Below, one piece after another: positions 1-8,217 of a stretch of DNA of 64,000 bases; position 1 is the first letter of the stretch; every line of letters starts with the position of its first letter. The translations under genes were made by a program, and so were the position numbers. A model generated the notes under the pieces. The model was given only the letters and a program-made list of their open reading frames with translations, had not been told where the DNA came from and made no database searches. Source of the DNA: Oscillospiraceae bacterium (GTDB taxonomy: Bacteria > Bacillota > Clostridia > Oscillospirales > CAG-272); assembly GCA_003343845.1 (NCBI GenBank), contig QAKK01000025.1, forward strand, positions 66,418 through 130,417, written 5' to 3'.

Positions 1-1639
1 CTACGACAGCCTGCTCGAAGAGCAGGTCTGCCCCGAATGCGGCGGCGGACGGCTGAACAAGATGATGCTGGCAGTCACGGTCGGCGGCAAGAACATCTAT
101 GAGCTTTGCCTGATGCCGATCGACAGGATACTCGACTTTGTCACAAAGCTGGAGCTGGACAACGAGCACCGGCAGATCGCCGCCGAGATCGTCAAGGAGA
201 TCCGCGCGCGCCTCGGCTTTCTCGTCAGCGTCGGGCTTGAATACCTCAACCTCGCACGCCGCGCGGGCACGCTCTCGGGCGGCGAGGCGCAGCGCATCCG
301 CCTGGCGACGCAGATCGGCTCGTCGCTCGTCGGCGTGCTCTACATCCTCGACGAGCCGAGCATCGGTCTGCACCAGCGCGACAACGACAAGCTGATCGCC
401 ACGCTGAAAAAGCTGCGCGACCTCGGCAACACGGTGGTGGTCGTCGAGCACGACGAGGACACCATGCGCGCCGCGGATTACCTCGTGGACATCGGTCCCG
501 GCGCGGGCATCCACGGCGGCTATATCTGCGCGGCGGGCACGCCCGCCGAGGTGGCAAAAAACAAGAAGTCCATCACCGGCGACTACCTCGCCGGGCGGCG
601 GAAGATCGAGGTCCCCGCCACCCGCAGACCGGGCAACGGCGCGTTTCTGACCGTGCACGGCGCGCGGGAGCACAACCTCAAAAACATCGACGTGACCTTC
701 CCGCTCGGCAAGTTCATCGCCGTGACCGGCGTGTCGGGCAGCGGCAAGTCCTCGCTGGTCAATTCGGTGCTCTACGAGAGCCTTGCCGCCACGCTGAACC
801 GCGCGGTCACCTTCCCCGGCGAGCACGACAGCATCGAGGGGGTCGGCGCGCTTGACAAGGTCATCGCGATCGATCAGAGCCCGATCGGGCGCACGCCGCG
901 CTCGAATCCGGCGACCTACACCGGCGTGTTCTCCGAGATCCGCGAGCTCTTTGCCAAGACCCGCGAGGCGAAAGCACGCGGCTACAAGGCGGGGCGCTTC
1001 TCGTTCAACACCAAGGGCGGCAGGTGCGAAGCCTGCGAGGGCGACGGCGTGAAGTGCATCGAGATGCACTTCCTGCCCGACGTCTATGTCAAGTGCGACG
1101 TCTGCGGCGGCAGGCGGTACAACCGCGAGACGCTCGAGGTGCACTACAAGGAAAAGAACATCTACGAGGTGCTGGAGATGACCGTGGAGGAGGGCGTCGA
1201 ATTCTTCGCGGGCGTCCCCTCGGTGAAGCGCAAATTGCAGACGCTCTGCGATGTCGGGCTCGGCTATATCAAGATCGGGCAATCCTCCACCACGCTTTCG
1301 GGCGGCGAGGCGCAGCGCGTGAAGCTGGCGACCGAGCTTGCCCGCCGCTCCACCGGCAAAACCGTCTACATCCTCGACGAGCCGACCACGGGTCTGCACA
1401 GCGAGGACGTAGCAAAGCTGATCTCGGTTCTCAACCGCCTCGTGGACGCAGGAAACACCGTCATCGTCATCGAGCACAACCTCGACATGATCAAGGTTGC
1501 CGACCACATCATCGACCTCGGCCCCGAGGGCGGCGAGGGCGGCGGCAGGATCGTCGCCGAAGGCACGCCCGAGGAAGTTGCCGAAGTCGAAGGCTCCTAT
1601 ACGGGCAAATATCTGCGAAGCAAGCTCGCGGAGAAGTGA
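1..1639 (+). CDS. uvrA: excinuclease ABC subunit A, C-terminal part (5' end off window)
   Basis: Frame is open from nt 2 ([20 protein letters not shown]...). It has two [11 protein letters not shown] signatures, Walker [10 protein letters not shown], and zinc module [17 protein letters not shown] stop at 1637-1639. Confidence 0.97.
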   Translation, partial: YDSLLEEQVCPECGGGRLNKMMLAVTVGGKNIYELCLMPIDRILDFVTKLELDNEHRQIAAEIVKEIRARLGFLVSVGLEYLNLARRAGTLSGGEAQRIRLATQIGSSLVGVLYILDEPSIGLHQRDNDKLIATLKKLRDLGNTVVVVEHDEDTMRAADYLVDIGPGAGIHGGYICAAGTPAEVAKNKKSITGDYLAGRRKIEVPATRRPGNGAFLTVHGAREHNLKNIDVTFPLGKFIAVTGVSGSGKSSLVNSVLYESLAATLNRAVTFPGEHDSIEGVGALDKVIAIDQSPIGRTPRSNPATYTGVFSEIRELFAKTREAKARGYKAGRFSFNTKGGRCEACEGDGVKCIEMHFLPDVYVKCDVCGGRRYNRETLEVHYKEKNIYEVLEMTVEEGVEFFAGVPSVKRKLQTLCDVGLGYIKIGQSSTTLSGGEAQRVKLATELARRSTGKTVYILDEPTTGLHSEDVAKLISVLNRLVDAGNTVIVIEHNLDMIKVADHIIDLGPEGGEGGGRIVAEGTPEEVAEVEGSYTGKYLRSKLAEK

Positions 1640-1640
1640 G

Positions 1641-1850
1641 GGAAAGGGGATTCGGCTCCCCTGTGCAAGGGGAGAGCTGTACGAGACGCGAAGCGTCTCG
1701 CGGCGTTTTCCCGATGGGAAAACATCCTGAGCCGTAGGCGACTGATGCGGGATTGTACAAAGCAAAATATCGTACCATGCTGTGTCGGCTGCCTGCATGC
1801 CCTCATCCACCGCTAACGCGGTCCCCCTTCCACACCGGGGAAGGCTAAGA
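1641..1850. repeat. intergenic mosaic repeat cluster (modules H2+, H3, H1)
   Basis: H2 at 1672-1729 (GAGCTGTACGAGACGCgaaGCGTCTCGCGG..TTTTCCCgatGGGAAAAC), H3 at 1742-1808, H1 at ~1827-1846. Confidence 0.85.
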
Positions 1851-1891
1851 GACGCCCCACAGTATGTGCGGATTCTTTACCCGCTCCACAC

Positions 1892-1927
1892 AAAAAGCCG
1901 CGCGCCGAATCGGCGCGCGGCTTTTTT
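1892..1927. terminator. bidirectional intrinsic terminator hairpin
   Basis: GCCGCGCGCCG-AAT-CGGCGCGCGGC, an 11-bp perfect stem, flanked by A5 and T6. It lies between convergent uvrA and the methyltransferase reading frame. Confidence 0.8.
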
Positions 1928-2037
1928 CACCCCTCGGGGCGGTCAAATTTGAAATACTGGTACAAAAAGCACGGGATCATGCCGTTGTAGAGCTTGCGCA
2001 CCTTGTCGGCGCGCCTGCCGTACAGGCGTTCAAACCG

Positions 2038-3057
2038 CTAGCTGGAGGTCAGCACATAGACCTGCCAGGGTTCGAGTGAGCGGAAATGCTGCCCCATGCG
2101 GGCGTAAAGCCGCTCCACCTCGTCGGCGCTGCCCATGCGCTCGCCGTACGGCGGATTGCAGACGATCGTGCCGCGCCGCCCGCCGGTGCGGATGGTGCAG
2201 GCATCGGCAACGAAGGTCTTCACCACGTCCGAAACGCCCGCGCGCGCCGCGTTGTCGGCGGCAAGCTGCACCATCTCGGGGTCGATATCCGATGCGTATG
2301 CCTCAAAAGCGGTCGGGCGGATCGCCGCCTTCGCCTCGGCGCGCGCCTCTGCCCAAAGCTCGGGCGGGGCGACGGCAAATTCCTCCGCGGCAAAGCGGCG
2401 GAACAGCCCGGGCGCCTGATTCTTCATGATCATTGCCGCCTCGATGGCGATCGTGCCGCTTCCGCAGAACGGATCCCACAGAAGCACATTCTCGCGCGGG
2501 CGGGAATTGAGCGCCAGCGCCGCCGCCAGCGTCTCGCGCAGGGGCGCAGCCCCCGCGATGGCGCGGTAACCGCGTTTGTGCAGCGGCACGCCCGAGGTGT
2601 CGATCATCAGGGTGGCGACATCCTTCAGAATGAAGAACTCGACCTGATATTTCGTCTTGCTCTCGGGAAACCAGCACATGCCATACTCGTTGTCCAGCCG
2701 CTTGGCAATCGCCTTTTTGACGATGCTCTGGCAGTCGGGAATCGAGAACAGCTTGCTCTTCACCGCATGTCCCTTGACCGGGAAGGCGTCCTCGCGCCCG
2801 ATAAAGCGCTCCCATTCGATGGCTTTCGTCCCCTCAAACAGCTCACCGAAGGTGCGCGCGCGAAAGCTCCCCATCTTGATATAGACCCGCTCGGCGCAGC
2901 GCAGATGGATGTTGCAGCGGGCGATCGCCGCCTCGTCGCCGATAAAGCTGACTCTGCCGTCGATCGTCTCGGTGCGGCGATAGCCGAGGCGGTCGATCTC
3001 CTCGCCGAGGAAATGTTCCAGCCCGAACAGGCAGGTTGCTACAAATTCGATAACCAT
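2038..3057 (-). CDS. THUMP-domain class I SAM-dependent RNA methyltransferase (RlmL/YpsC-like), ending at an in-frame TAG; homology continues in the same frame to 1927
   Basis: N-terminal THUMP-like region, SAM motif DPFCGSGTIAIEAA and catalytic NPPYGERMG. After TAG (2040-2038) the same frame reads RFERLYGRRADKVRKLYNGMIPCFLYQYF...TGA (1929-1927). Confidence 0.9.
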   Translation of the reverse strand: MVIEFVATCLFGLEHFLGEEIDRLGYRRTETIDGRVSFIGDEAAIARCNIHLRCAERVYIKMGSFRARTFGELFEGTKAIEWERFIGREDAFPVKGHAVKSKLFSIPDCQSIVKKAIAKRLDNEYGMCWFPESKTKYQVEFFILKDVATLMIDTSGVPLHKRGYRAIAGAAPLRETLAAALALNSRPRENVLLWDPFCGSGTIAIEAAMIMKNQAPGLFRRFAAEEFAVAPPELWAEARAEAKAAIRPTAFEAYASDIDPEMVQLAADNAARAGVSDVVKTFVADACTIRTGGRRGTIVCNPPYGERMGSADEVERLYARMGQHFRSLEPWQVYVLTSS

Positions 3058-3134
3058 TCTATATGACGCCGCTCCGGCTTACCGTTTTTGCCGACGACGG
3101 CGCATCCTCCAGACTTCCTTTTTACGCGCCCGCG

Positions 3135-3581
3135 TTACTGCTTTTTGTTCAGCCGTTCCAGCTCCTTCATGAAGGTCGCCACGTCCTTGAACTCGCGGTA
3201 GACCGAGGCGAAGCGGACATAGGAGACCGCGTCCAGCGTCTTGAGCTTATCCATGATGATCTCGCCGATCTCGGTGGTCGTGATCTCGGCGCGCAGCGAG
3301 TTTTGCAGCTCTGCCTCAATCTCGCGGGCAAGCGCGGCGGTATCGACCGGGCGCTTTTGGCACGCCTTGATGAGTCCGCTCTCCAGCTTCATGCGGTCGA
3401 AAAACTCCTTCGAGCCGTCCTTTTTGATGACAACGAGCTGCACCGAGTCGATGACCTCATAGGTCGTGAAGCGGCGGCGGCAGGACAGGCATTCGCGTCT
3501 GCGGCGGATGCTGCTGTTGTCGCCCACGGGGCGGGAATCAATGACCTTGCTCTCTGCAAAGCCGCAGTTGGGACATTTCAT
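3135..3581 (-). CDS. nrdR: transcriptional repressor NrdR
   Basis: [18 protein letters not shown]...[12 protein letters not shown] zinc ribbon plus ATP-cone. Start chosen at the MKCPNCG ATG (3581), preceded by AGGAGA. TAA stop. Confidence 0.95.
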   Translation of the reverse strand: MKCPNCGFAESKVIDSRPVGDNSSIRRRRECLSCRRRFTTYEVIDSVQLVVIKKDGSKEFFDRMKLESGLIKACQKRPVDTAALAREIEAELQNSLRAEITTTEIGEIIMDKLKTLDAVSYVRFASVYREFKDVATFMKELERLNKKQ

Positions 3582-3600
3582 GGAATTTCTCCTGTAAAAG

Positions 3601-3649
3601 CACAATATATAGTGCTTTTATTATAGCATAATGCCTATATTCTTGTAAA
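3601..3649 (-). promoter_or_regulatory. nrdR promoter (TTTACA-18-TGcTATAAT) with two NrdR-box-like palindromes
   Basis: The -10 is at 3620-3625 and the -35 at 3644-3649 (minus strand). Box CACAATATATAGTG is at 3601-3614 and the weaker box ATGCCTATATTCTTGT at 3631-3646, about 31 bp centre to centre. Confidence 0.6.
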
Positions 3650-3669
3650 TAGGAAATGCAAAAAAACTG

Positions 3670-3698
3670 TTGACAAATCCGCCTGTCTGTGTTATAAT
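3670..3698 (+). promoter_or_regulatory. sigma-A type promoter of tRNA-Pro
   Basis: TTGACA (3670-3675), 17 bp, TGtTATAAT (3693-3698). Confidence 0.65.
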
Positions 3699-3724
3699 AA
3701 TCTGCGCTGAAAAGATATCAGCAT

Positions 3725-3801
3725 CGGGATGTAGCACAGCTTGGTAGTGCGCTTGGTTCGGGACCAAGAGGTCGGGTGTTCGAATCACCTCATTCCGACC
3801 A
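3725..3801 (+). tRNA. tRNA-Pro (anticodon CGG), CCA encoded
   Basis: CGGGATGTAGCACAGCTTGGTAGTGCGCTTGGTTCGGGACCAAGAGGTCGGGTGTTCGAATCACCTCATTCCGACCA. Cloverleaf with acceptor CGGGATG/CATTCCG, anticodon loop TTCGGGA and T-arm GGTTCGAATCC-like. Confidence 0.93.
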
Positions 3802-3835
3802 AAAAAGAAGACGCCGTGCGCGTCTTCTTTTTTTG
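3802..3835 (+). terminator. intrinsic terminator after tRNA-Pro
   Basis: AAGAAGACGC-cgt-GCGTCTTCTT hairpin followed by a T run. Confidence 0.75.
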
Positions 3836-3875
3836 CGTTCGGGTTTATTCCGATGCATCAAAGCATCGCTTTGCT

Positions 3876-4175
3876 TCAGAATTCGTAGTCCATGCAGACG
3901 CGGGACTTGACCACGCTGCGAACATGATTTGCCGCTGCGACGTGCGCGGGATGTACCTTGTAGCCGTCGTAGGCTGCCGCGTCGGTCATGGTGCTGTCCA
4001 GCATCATGTCCACGTTGCTGCTGTCCATCGGGTTGATCTCAACGTGCAGCGAAATGAGCCCCGGCACAACGCCGACCAGCGCTTCCAGATCGCGCTTGCA
4101 CTGCTCTGCCTCCGCGCGCTTCTCCGCGGGGGTGAGTTCGTCCTTCAGCTGCCAAAGCAGAATATGTCTGACCAT
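3876..4175 (-). CDS. Dabb (stress-responsive alpha/beta barrel) family protein
   Basis: 99 aa. MVRHILLWQLKDELTPAEK...YDGYKVHPAHVAAANHV is typical of Dabb domains. Confidence 0.85.
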   Translation of the reverse strand: MVRHILLWQLKDELTPAEKRAEAEQCKRDLEALVGVVPGLISLHVEINPMDSSNVDMMLDSTMTDAAAYDGYKVHPAHVAAANHVRSVVKSRVCMDYEF

Positions 4176-4226
4176 GATTTTTGTCTCCTTTATTTACAAA
4201 AATGAAATACAAGTGAATTTTGGTGT

Positions 4227-4372
4227 GCAGCGGCGGGAAGCAGACGGTGTCCTACGGTATGCACGGTTTTTGCGCTATCCGGCAGGAGGCGGCGTTTTTC
4301 AGGCTTCCCTTGGGGGAGCGCTGTGCGAGACGCAAGGCGTTTTTCAGGCTTCCCCACCGGGGAAGGCTTGGT
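4227..4372. repeat. intergenic mosaic repeat cluster (H6, H1, partial H2, H1)
   Basis: GCGGCGGGAAGCAGACGGTGTCCTACGG. AGGCTTCCCttGGGGGA. AGGCTTCCCCaccGGGGAAGGCTTGG. Confidence 0.8.
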
Positions 4373-4383
4373 TACCCCCGCTT

Positions 4384-6276
4384 TTACACATCCATGATGA
4401 CCGGGAGAATCATCGGCTTGCGGTGCGTCTTCTGATACAGATACTTGCCGAGCGCGTCCTTGACCGAGGTCTTCAGCTCCATCCAGTCGGTGCGGCTGGC
4501 TTCAAGGCACTTGTTCAGCGCCGCGGCGGCAATTTCACGCGCCTCGCCCATCAGTTCCTCGCTCTCGCGCACATAGACAAAGCCGCGCGAGATGATGTCG
4601 GGTCCCGAGGACAGCAGGCGTGCGTCAAGGTCAACCGCCGCAACCACGACGATCAGCCCGTCCTGCGACAGGTGCTTGCGGTCGCGGAGCACGATACTGC
4701 CGACGTCGCCGACGCCGTAGCCGTCCACCAGGATCTTGCCCGAGGGAATCGTGCCCGCAAAGCGTGCACCCTTTGCATCGATCTCCAGCACCTTGCCGAT
4801 GTCGGAAATGAAGATATTCTCGTCCGGAATGCCCATCGAGCGGGCGATCTGCCGGTTGGCATCCAGATGGCGCAGCTCGCCGTGGATCGGCATGAAATAC
4901 TTCGGGTGCGTGAGCGCCTGCATCAGCTTCAGCTCCTCACGGCAGGCGTGCCCCGAGACGTGCACGTCGGTCTCGGGATCGTGCATGACCGAGACGCCCG
5001 CGCCGATCAGCGCGTTGATGATCTTGCCGACCGACTTCTCATTGCCGGGGATCGCCGAGGCGCTGATGACCACAAGATCCTTCTGCCCGAGCGTGACGCG
5101 GTCGTTGTCACCGAAGGCGAGGCGGTAGAGCGCGCTCATCGGCTCACCCTGGCTGCCCGTGGTGACCAGCGTGACCTGGCTCTCGGGATAGCGCTTGATG
5201 TCCTTGACGTCGATCAGCAGCCCGTCCGGCACGTTCATGTACCCGAGCGCGCTGGCAGCGGCGATGACGTTGACCATGCTGCGCCCCATGACGGCGACCT
5301 TGCGCCCGTTCTCGGCGGAGAGCGAAATGATCTGCTGCACGCGGTGGACATTGGACGAGAATGTCGCGATGACCAGCCGCTTATCCTTGTTTTTGAGAAA
5401 GATGTCCGCAAGGCTTCTGCCGACGGTGCGTTCCGACGGGGTGAAGCCCGGGCGCTCGGCATTGGTGGACTCGCACATGAGCAGCAGCACGCCCTCATTG
5501 CCGATCTCGCCGATGCGGGTAATATCCATCATCTTGCCGTCCACGGGGGTGAGGTCGAGCTTGAAGTCGCCGGTGTGGAACAGGATGCCGAGCGGCGTGC
5601 GGATCGCGATCGCGCAGGCGTCGGCAATGGAGTGGTTGACGCGGACAAACTCTGCCGAGAGGCTGCCGAGCTGCACGGTGTCGCCGGGCTGCACGGTGTG
5701 CAGGCGGGGCGTGTGCGGCAGCGAATGCTCGGACAGCTTCTTCTCGACGATGCCGAGCGTGAGCGCCGTGCCGTAAATATCCGGGTTGATCGAGCGCAGG
5801 ACGTAGGGCAGCGAGCCGATGTGGTCCTCGTGCCCGTGCGTCAGCAGGATGCCGCGGATCTTCTCTTTATTCTTTTCGAGGTAGGTGACGTCCGGGATAA
5901 CGAGATCAATGCCGAGCATATCCTCATCGGGGAATGCGATGCCGCAGTCCACCACGATGATGTCGTCGCCGTACTCGATCATGGTCATGTTCTTGCCGAT
6001 CTCATGCAGACCGCCGAGCGAGGCGATGCGGATCTTGCCGGTCGGCTTTGCGCCGCCCTTGCCACCGCGCTTGCGCTTCGCCGGCTGCGCGGTCTGTGCG
6101 ATCTGCGCCGGCGTCACGGCCGCAGCGGGCGCGGCGGGCTGTGCCGCCTGTGTCTGCGCCTTCTTCGGTCTTCTTGTGTAGTGCCGCTTGGCGGTTTTCT
6201 TCTCCGCCGCGGCGGGACTTTGCGGATGCTCCGCGGGGTTATTCTGCGCGGGGTTTTTCTGATTGTTTTTTTCCAT
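4384..6276 (-). CDS. rnj: ribonuclease J with ~75-aa basic low-complexity N-terminal extension
   Basis: Metallo-beta-lactamase HGHEDHIG motif, beta-CASP and C-terminal domains. AAAGGAGAA RBS lies before ATG 6276. Confidence 0.95.
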   Translation of the reverse strand: MEKNNQKNPAQNNPAEHPQSPAAAEKKTAKRHYTRRPKKAQTQAAQPAAPAAAVTPAQIAQTAQPAKRKRGGKGGAKPTGKIRIASLGGLHEIGKNMTMIEYGDDIIVVDCGIAFPDEDMLGIDLVIPDVTYLEKNKEKIRGILLTHGHEDHIGSLPYVLRSINPDIYGTALTLGIVEKKLSEHSLPHTPRLHTVQPGDTVQLGSLSAEFVRVNHSIADACAIAIRTPLGILFHTGDFKLDLTPVDGKMMDITRIGEIGNEGVLLLMCESTNAERPGFTPSERTVGRSLADIFLKNKDKRLVIATFSSNVHRVQQIISLSAENGRKVAVMGRSMVNVIAAASALGYMNVPDGLLIDVKDIKRYPESQVTLVTTGSQGEPMSALYRLAFGDNDRVTLGQKDLVVISASAIPGNEKSVGKIINALIGAGVSVMHDPETDVHVSGHACREELKLMQALTHPKYFMPIHGELRHLDANRQIARSMGIPDENIFISDIGKVLEIDAKGARFAGTIPSGKILVDGYGVGDVGSIVLRDRKHLSQDGLIVVVAAVDLDARLLSSGPDIISRGFVYVRESEELMGEAREIAAAALNKCLEASRTDWMELKTSVKDALGKYLYQKTHRKPMILPVIMDV

Positions 6277-6498
6277 AAATTCTCCTTTGTGTCAGTCTTG
6301 AAAACGTACACGCCGCGCGAAAAACGGGCGCGGGCGCGAAAATAAAATCTGTCGGACAAGTCGGACAGACCAAAAGTAAAAGCACTCGGACGCGGCAAAA
6401 AACCGCCCCCGATCGGGTGTATGTCGGCTTGGAGCGCACCGCGGAACGCACAGGCGGGCACTTTACGCACATAAAAACCGTTCAACAATTACAAAGAT

Positions 6499-6527
6499 AT
6501 TATACATCAACTGCGGCGGGAATGCAA
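6499..6527 (-). promoter_or_regulatory. candidate rnj promoter (TTGCAT-17-TATAAT), implying a ~215-nt leader
   Basis: Minus strand TTGCAT at 6527-6522 and TATAAT at 6504-6499. Confidence 0.5.
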
Positions 6528-6555
6528 GAGGGTTTGTAAAAAAGGAAAGCGGGCA

Positions 6556-6862
6556 AGGCTTCCCTTGGGGGAGAGCTGTACGGGACGCTGCGCGTCTCGC
6601 GGAGTTTTCCCGATGGGAAAACATCCTGTGCCTGATGAGGGATTGTGCAAAGCAAAGCATTCCGCCATGCTGTGCCTTCTGCCTGCAAGCCCTCATCCAC
6701 CGCTGGCGCGGTCCCCCTTCCCCAAAGGGGAAGGCTTAGATGCGGCGGGAGCAAGCCCCCGCCCGTGCGGTGTGTACACAGTTCCCGCTATTCCGTAGGG
6801 GCGACCATCGGTCGCCCGTTTTTGCTTTGTGACAGCGGGCGACCGATGGTCGCTCCTATAGG
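6556..6862. repeat. most complete mosaic repeat cluster (H1, H2, H3, H1, H6, H5)
   Basis: H2 at 6571-6628, H3 at 6632-6698, H1 at ~6712-6740, H6 at ~6742-6775, H5 at 6794-6862. Confidence 0.88.
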
Positions 6863-6945
6863 TTTGCCTCCCTTTTGCGCCAACCGGCAGGGGTCATGGC
6901 GACCCGCATCCGCACTGTACGGCGCGCCGATTCCCGCGATTTCCC

Positions 6946-7200
6946 TCAAAAGATCCACCAAAGCAGCAAAAACAGCAGCCCGCCAGCCAGCATCCCGGCG
7001 GCAAACAGCCAGAGCCGCGGATGCCGCCGCGTGCGGCGACACGTGGTGTTCAGCGCCACCAACCGCTCCGCCTCGCGCACAAGCTCCCCCTCGCTCCCGC
7101 GCGACCGGTCAAAATCCTTGCGCAGGAGAAAATACGCCTCGTCAAAAATCTGGGAATCCGTTCCCTTTAACATAATGATCTGTCTCTGACAGCCGCGCAT
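6946..7200 (-). CDS. hypothetical small tail-anchored membrane protein (84 aa)
   Basis: Strong RBS GGAGGTG lies 6 nt before ATG 7200. There is a C-terminal TM segment LWLFAAGMLAGGLLFLLLWWIF. The longer 172-aa ORF upstream part looks non-coding. Confidence 0.6.
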   Translation of the reverse strand: MRGCQRQIIMLKGTDSQIFDEAYFLLRKDFDRSRGSEGELVREAERLVALNTTCRRTRRHPRLWLFAAGMLAGGLLFLLLWWIF

Positions 7201-7317
7201 CGTCTCACCTCCGATGGGATTTTTACCAAATTCGGGGCAGACTATGCAGACGGTGCACGCTTGCTTTTCGGGCAAGAACATGCTACAATAGATATAACAC
7301 GACGAGCGGAGGTGCGC

Positions 7318-8217
7318 ATGGATTTTACCGTAGACAAGACCTGCGACGGGCGCACGCTGCGCGACTATCTGCGCGGCGGGCTCGGCGTCTCCTCCGGGCT
7401 GCTCTCCGCGCTGAAGGCGGCGGGCGGCATCACGGTAGGCGGCGCGCCCGTCACGGTGCGGCATGTCCTCGCGGCGGGCGAGACGGTCTCGCTTGCCTTT
7501 GAAGACACCGAATCCCGCCCCGAGCCGTCCGATACGCCCGTGGACATCCTATTTGAGGACGACTTCATCCTCGCGGCGGCGAAACCGCCTTACATGCCCA
7601 CGCACGAGTCGCACGGGCATCGCGGCGACACGCTGGCAAACGCCATCGCGGGCGAGTTTGCGCGGCGGGGCGTGCCCTTTGTCTTCCGCGCGGTCAACCG
7701 CCTCGATGCGGACACCAGCGGCGTCCTGCTTGTGGCAAAGAACCGCTACGCCGCCGAGCGCTTCGGCACGCTTGTCGCAAACCGCAGGATCGAAAAAACC
7801 TACCTCGCGCTGCTGACGCATGCGCCGACACCGCCCGCCGGCGTGATTGACTCCTACATCCGCCGCGTGGGCGAGAGCATCATCCTGCGCGCGTCCTACC
7901 CGACCGGCGCACAGCGCGAACACGCCGTGACCGTCTATGAAACGACGGAAACGATCGGCGGCATCGCCGTGGTGCGCTGCGAGCCGAAAACCGGGCGCAC
8001 GCATCAGCTGCGCGTGCACTTTGCCTCGATCGGCTGCCCGATCGTGGGCGACGACCTCTACGGCGGCGGCTTTGCCATTCCGCGGCAGGCGCTGCACGCC
8101 GCCGCGCTTGCCTTTGTCCATCCGGTGACCGGCGCGGATATGCGGATCGAATGCCCGCTCCCGCCCGATCTTACCGCTTATCTCGAAACCCTCCGAAAGG
8201 AAGAAAACCATGACTGA
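7318..8217 (+). CDS. RluA-family 23S rRNA/tRNA pseudouridine synthase with N-terminal S4-like domain
   Basis: Catalytic motif NRLDADTSGVLLVAK and C-terminal GRTHQLRVH. GGAGG lies before ATG 7318. Confidence 0.92.
   Translation: MDFTVDKTCDGRTLRDYLRGGLGVSSGLLSALKAAGGITVGGAPVTVRHVLAAGETVSLAFEDTESRPEPSDTPVDILFEDDFILAAAKPPYMPTHESHGHRGDTLANAIAGEFARRGVPFVFRAVNRLDADTSGVLLVAKNRYAAERFGTLVANRRIEKTYLALLTHAPTPPAGVIDSYIRRVGESIILRASYPTGAQREHAVTVYETTETIGGIAVVRCEPKTGRTHQLRVHFASIGCPIVGDDLYGGGFAIPRQALHAAALAFVHPVTGADMRIECPLPPDLTAYLETLRKEENHD

Noticed and set aside
1597-1806. Recurrent small ORFs MRACRQ.[AT]QHG...CF[AV]QS.I... (also 6463-6696 and 42449-42982), the GRPMVAPT-containing ORFs (6788-7042 and 62882-63076), and other ORFs lying in intergenic repeats.
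   Set aside because: They are translations of the H2/H3/H5 repeat modules. Similarity is at the DNA level, including in both orientations. Reading frames are not preserved between copies, and there are no RBSs.
2038-2040. Programmed recoding (pyrrolysine at TAG, or genetic-code reassignment) as the explanation for the in-frame TAG here and the TAA at 63120.
   Set aside because: TAA, TAG and TGA all act as normal terminators of well-defined genes in this window. For example, nrdR, rnj and murC end in TAA, and uvrA and Dabb end in TGA. No pyl genes or PYLIS-like context were seen, and the two events involve different stop codons. A nonsense mutation or sequence error is the simpler explanation.
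7261-7317. Upstream extension of the RluA-family ORF (and similar 5' extensions of the MATE, marR, ABC, murC, sigma, SLH and giant-protein ORFs in the track).
   Set aside because: Internal starts with proper Shine-Dalgarno sequences and family-typical N-termini or signal peptides are present. The extensions run through promoters or repeat modules.
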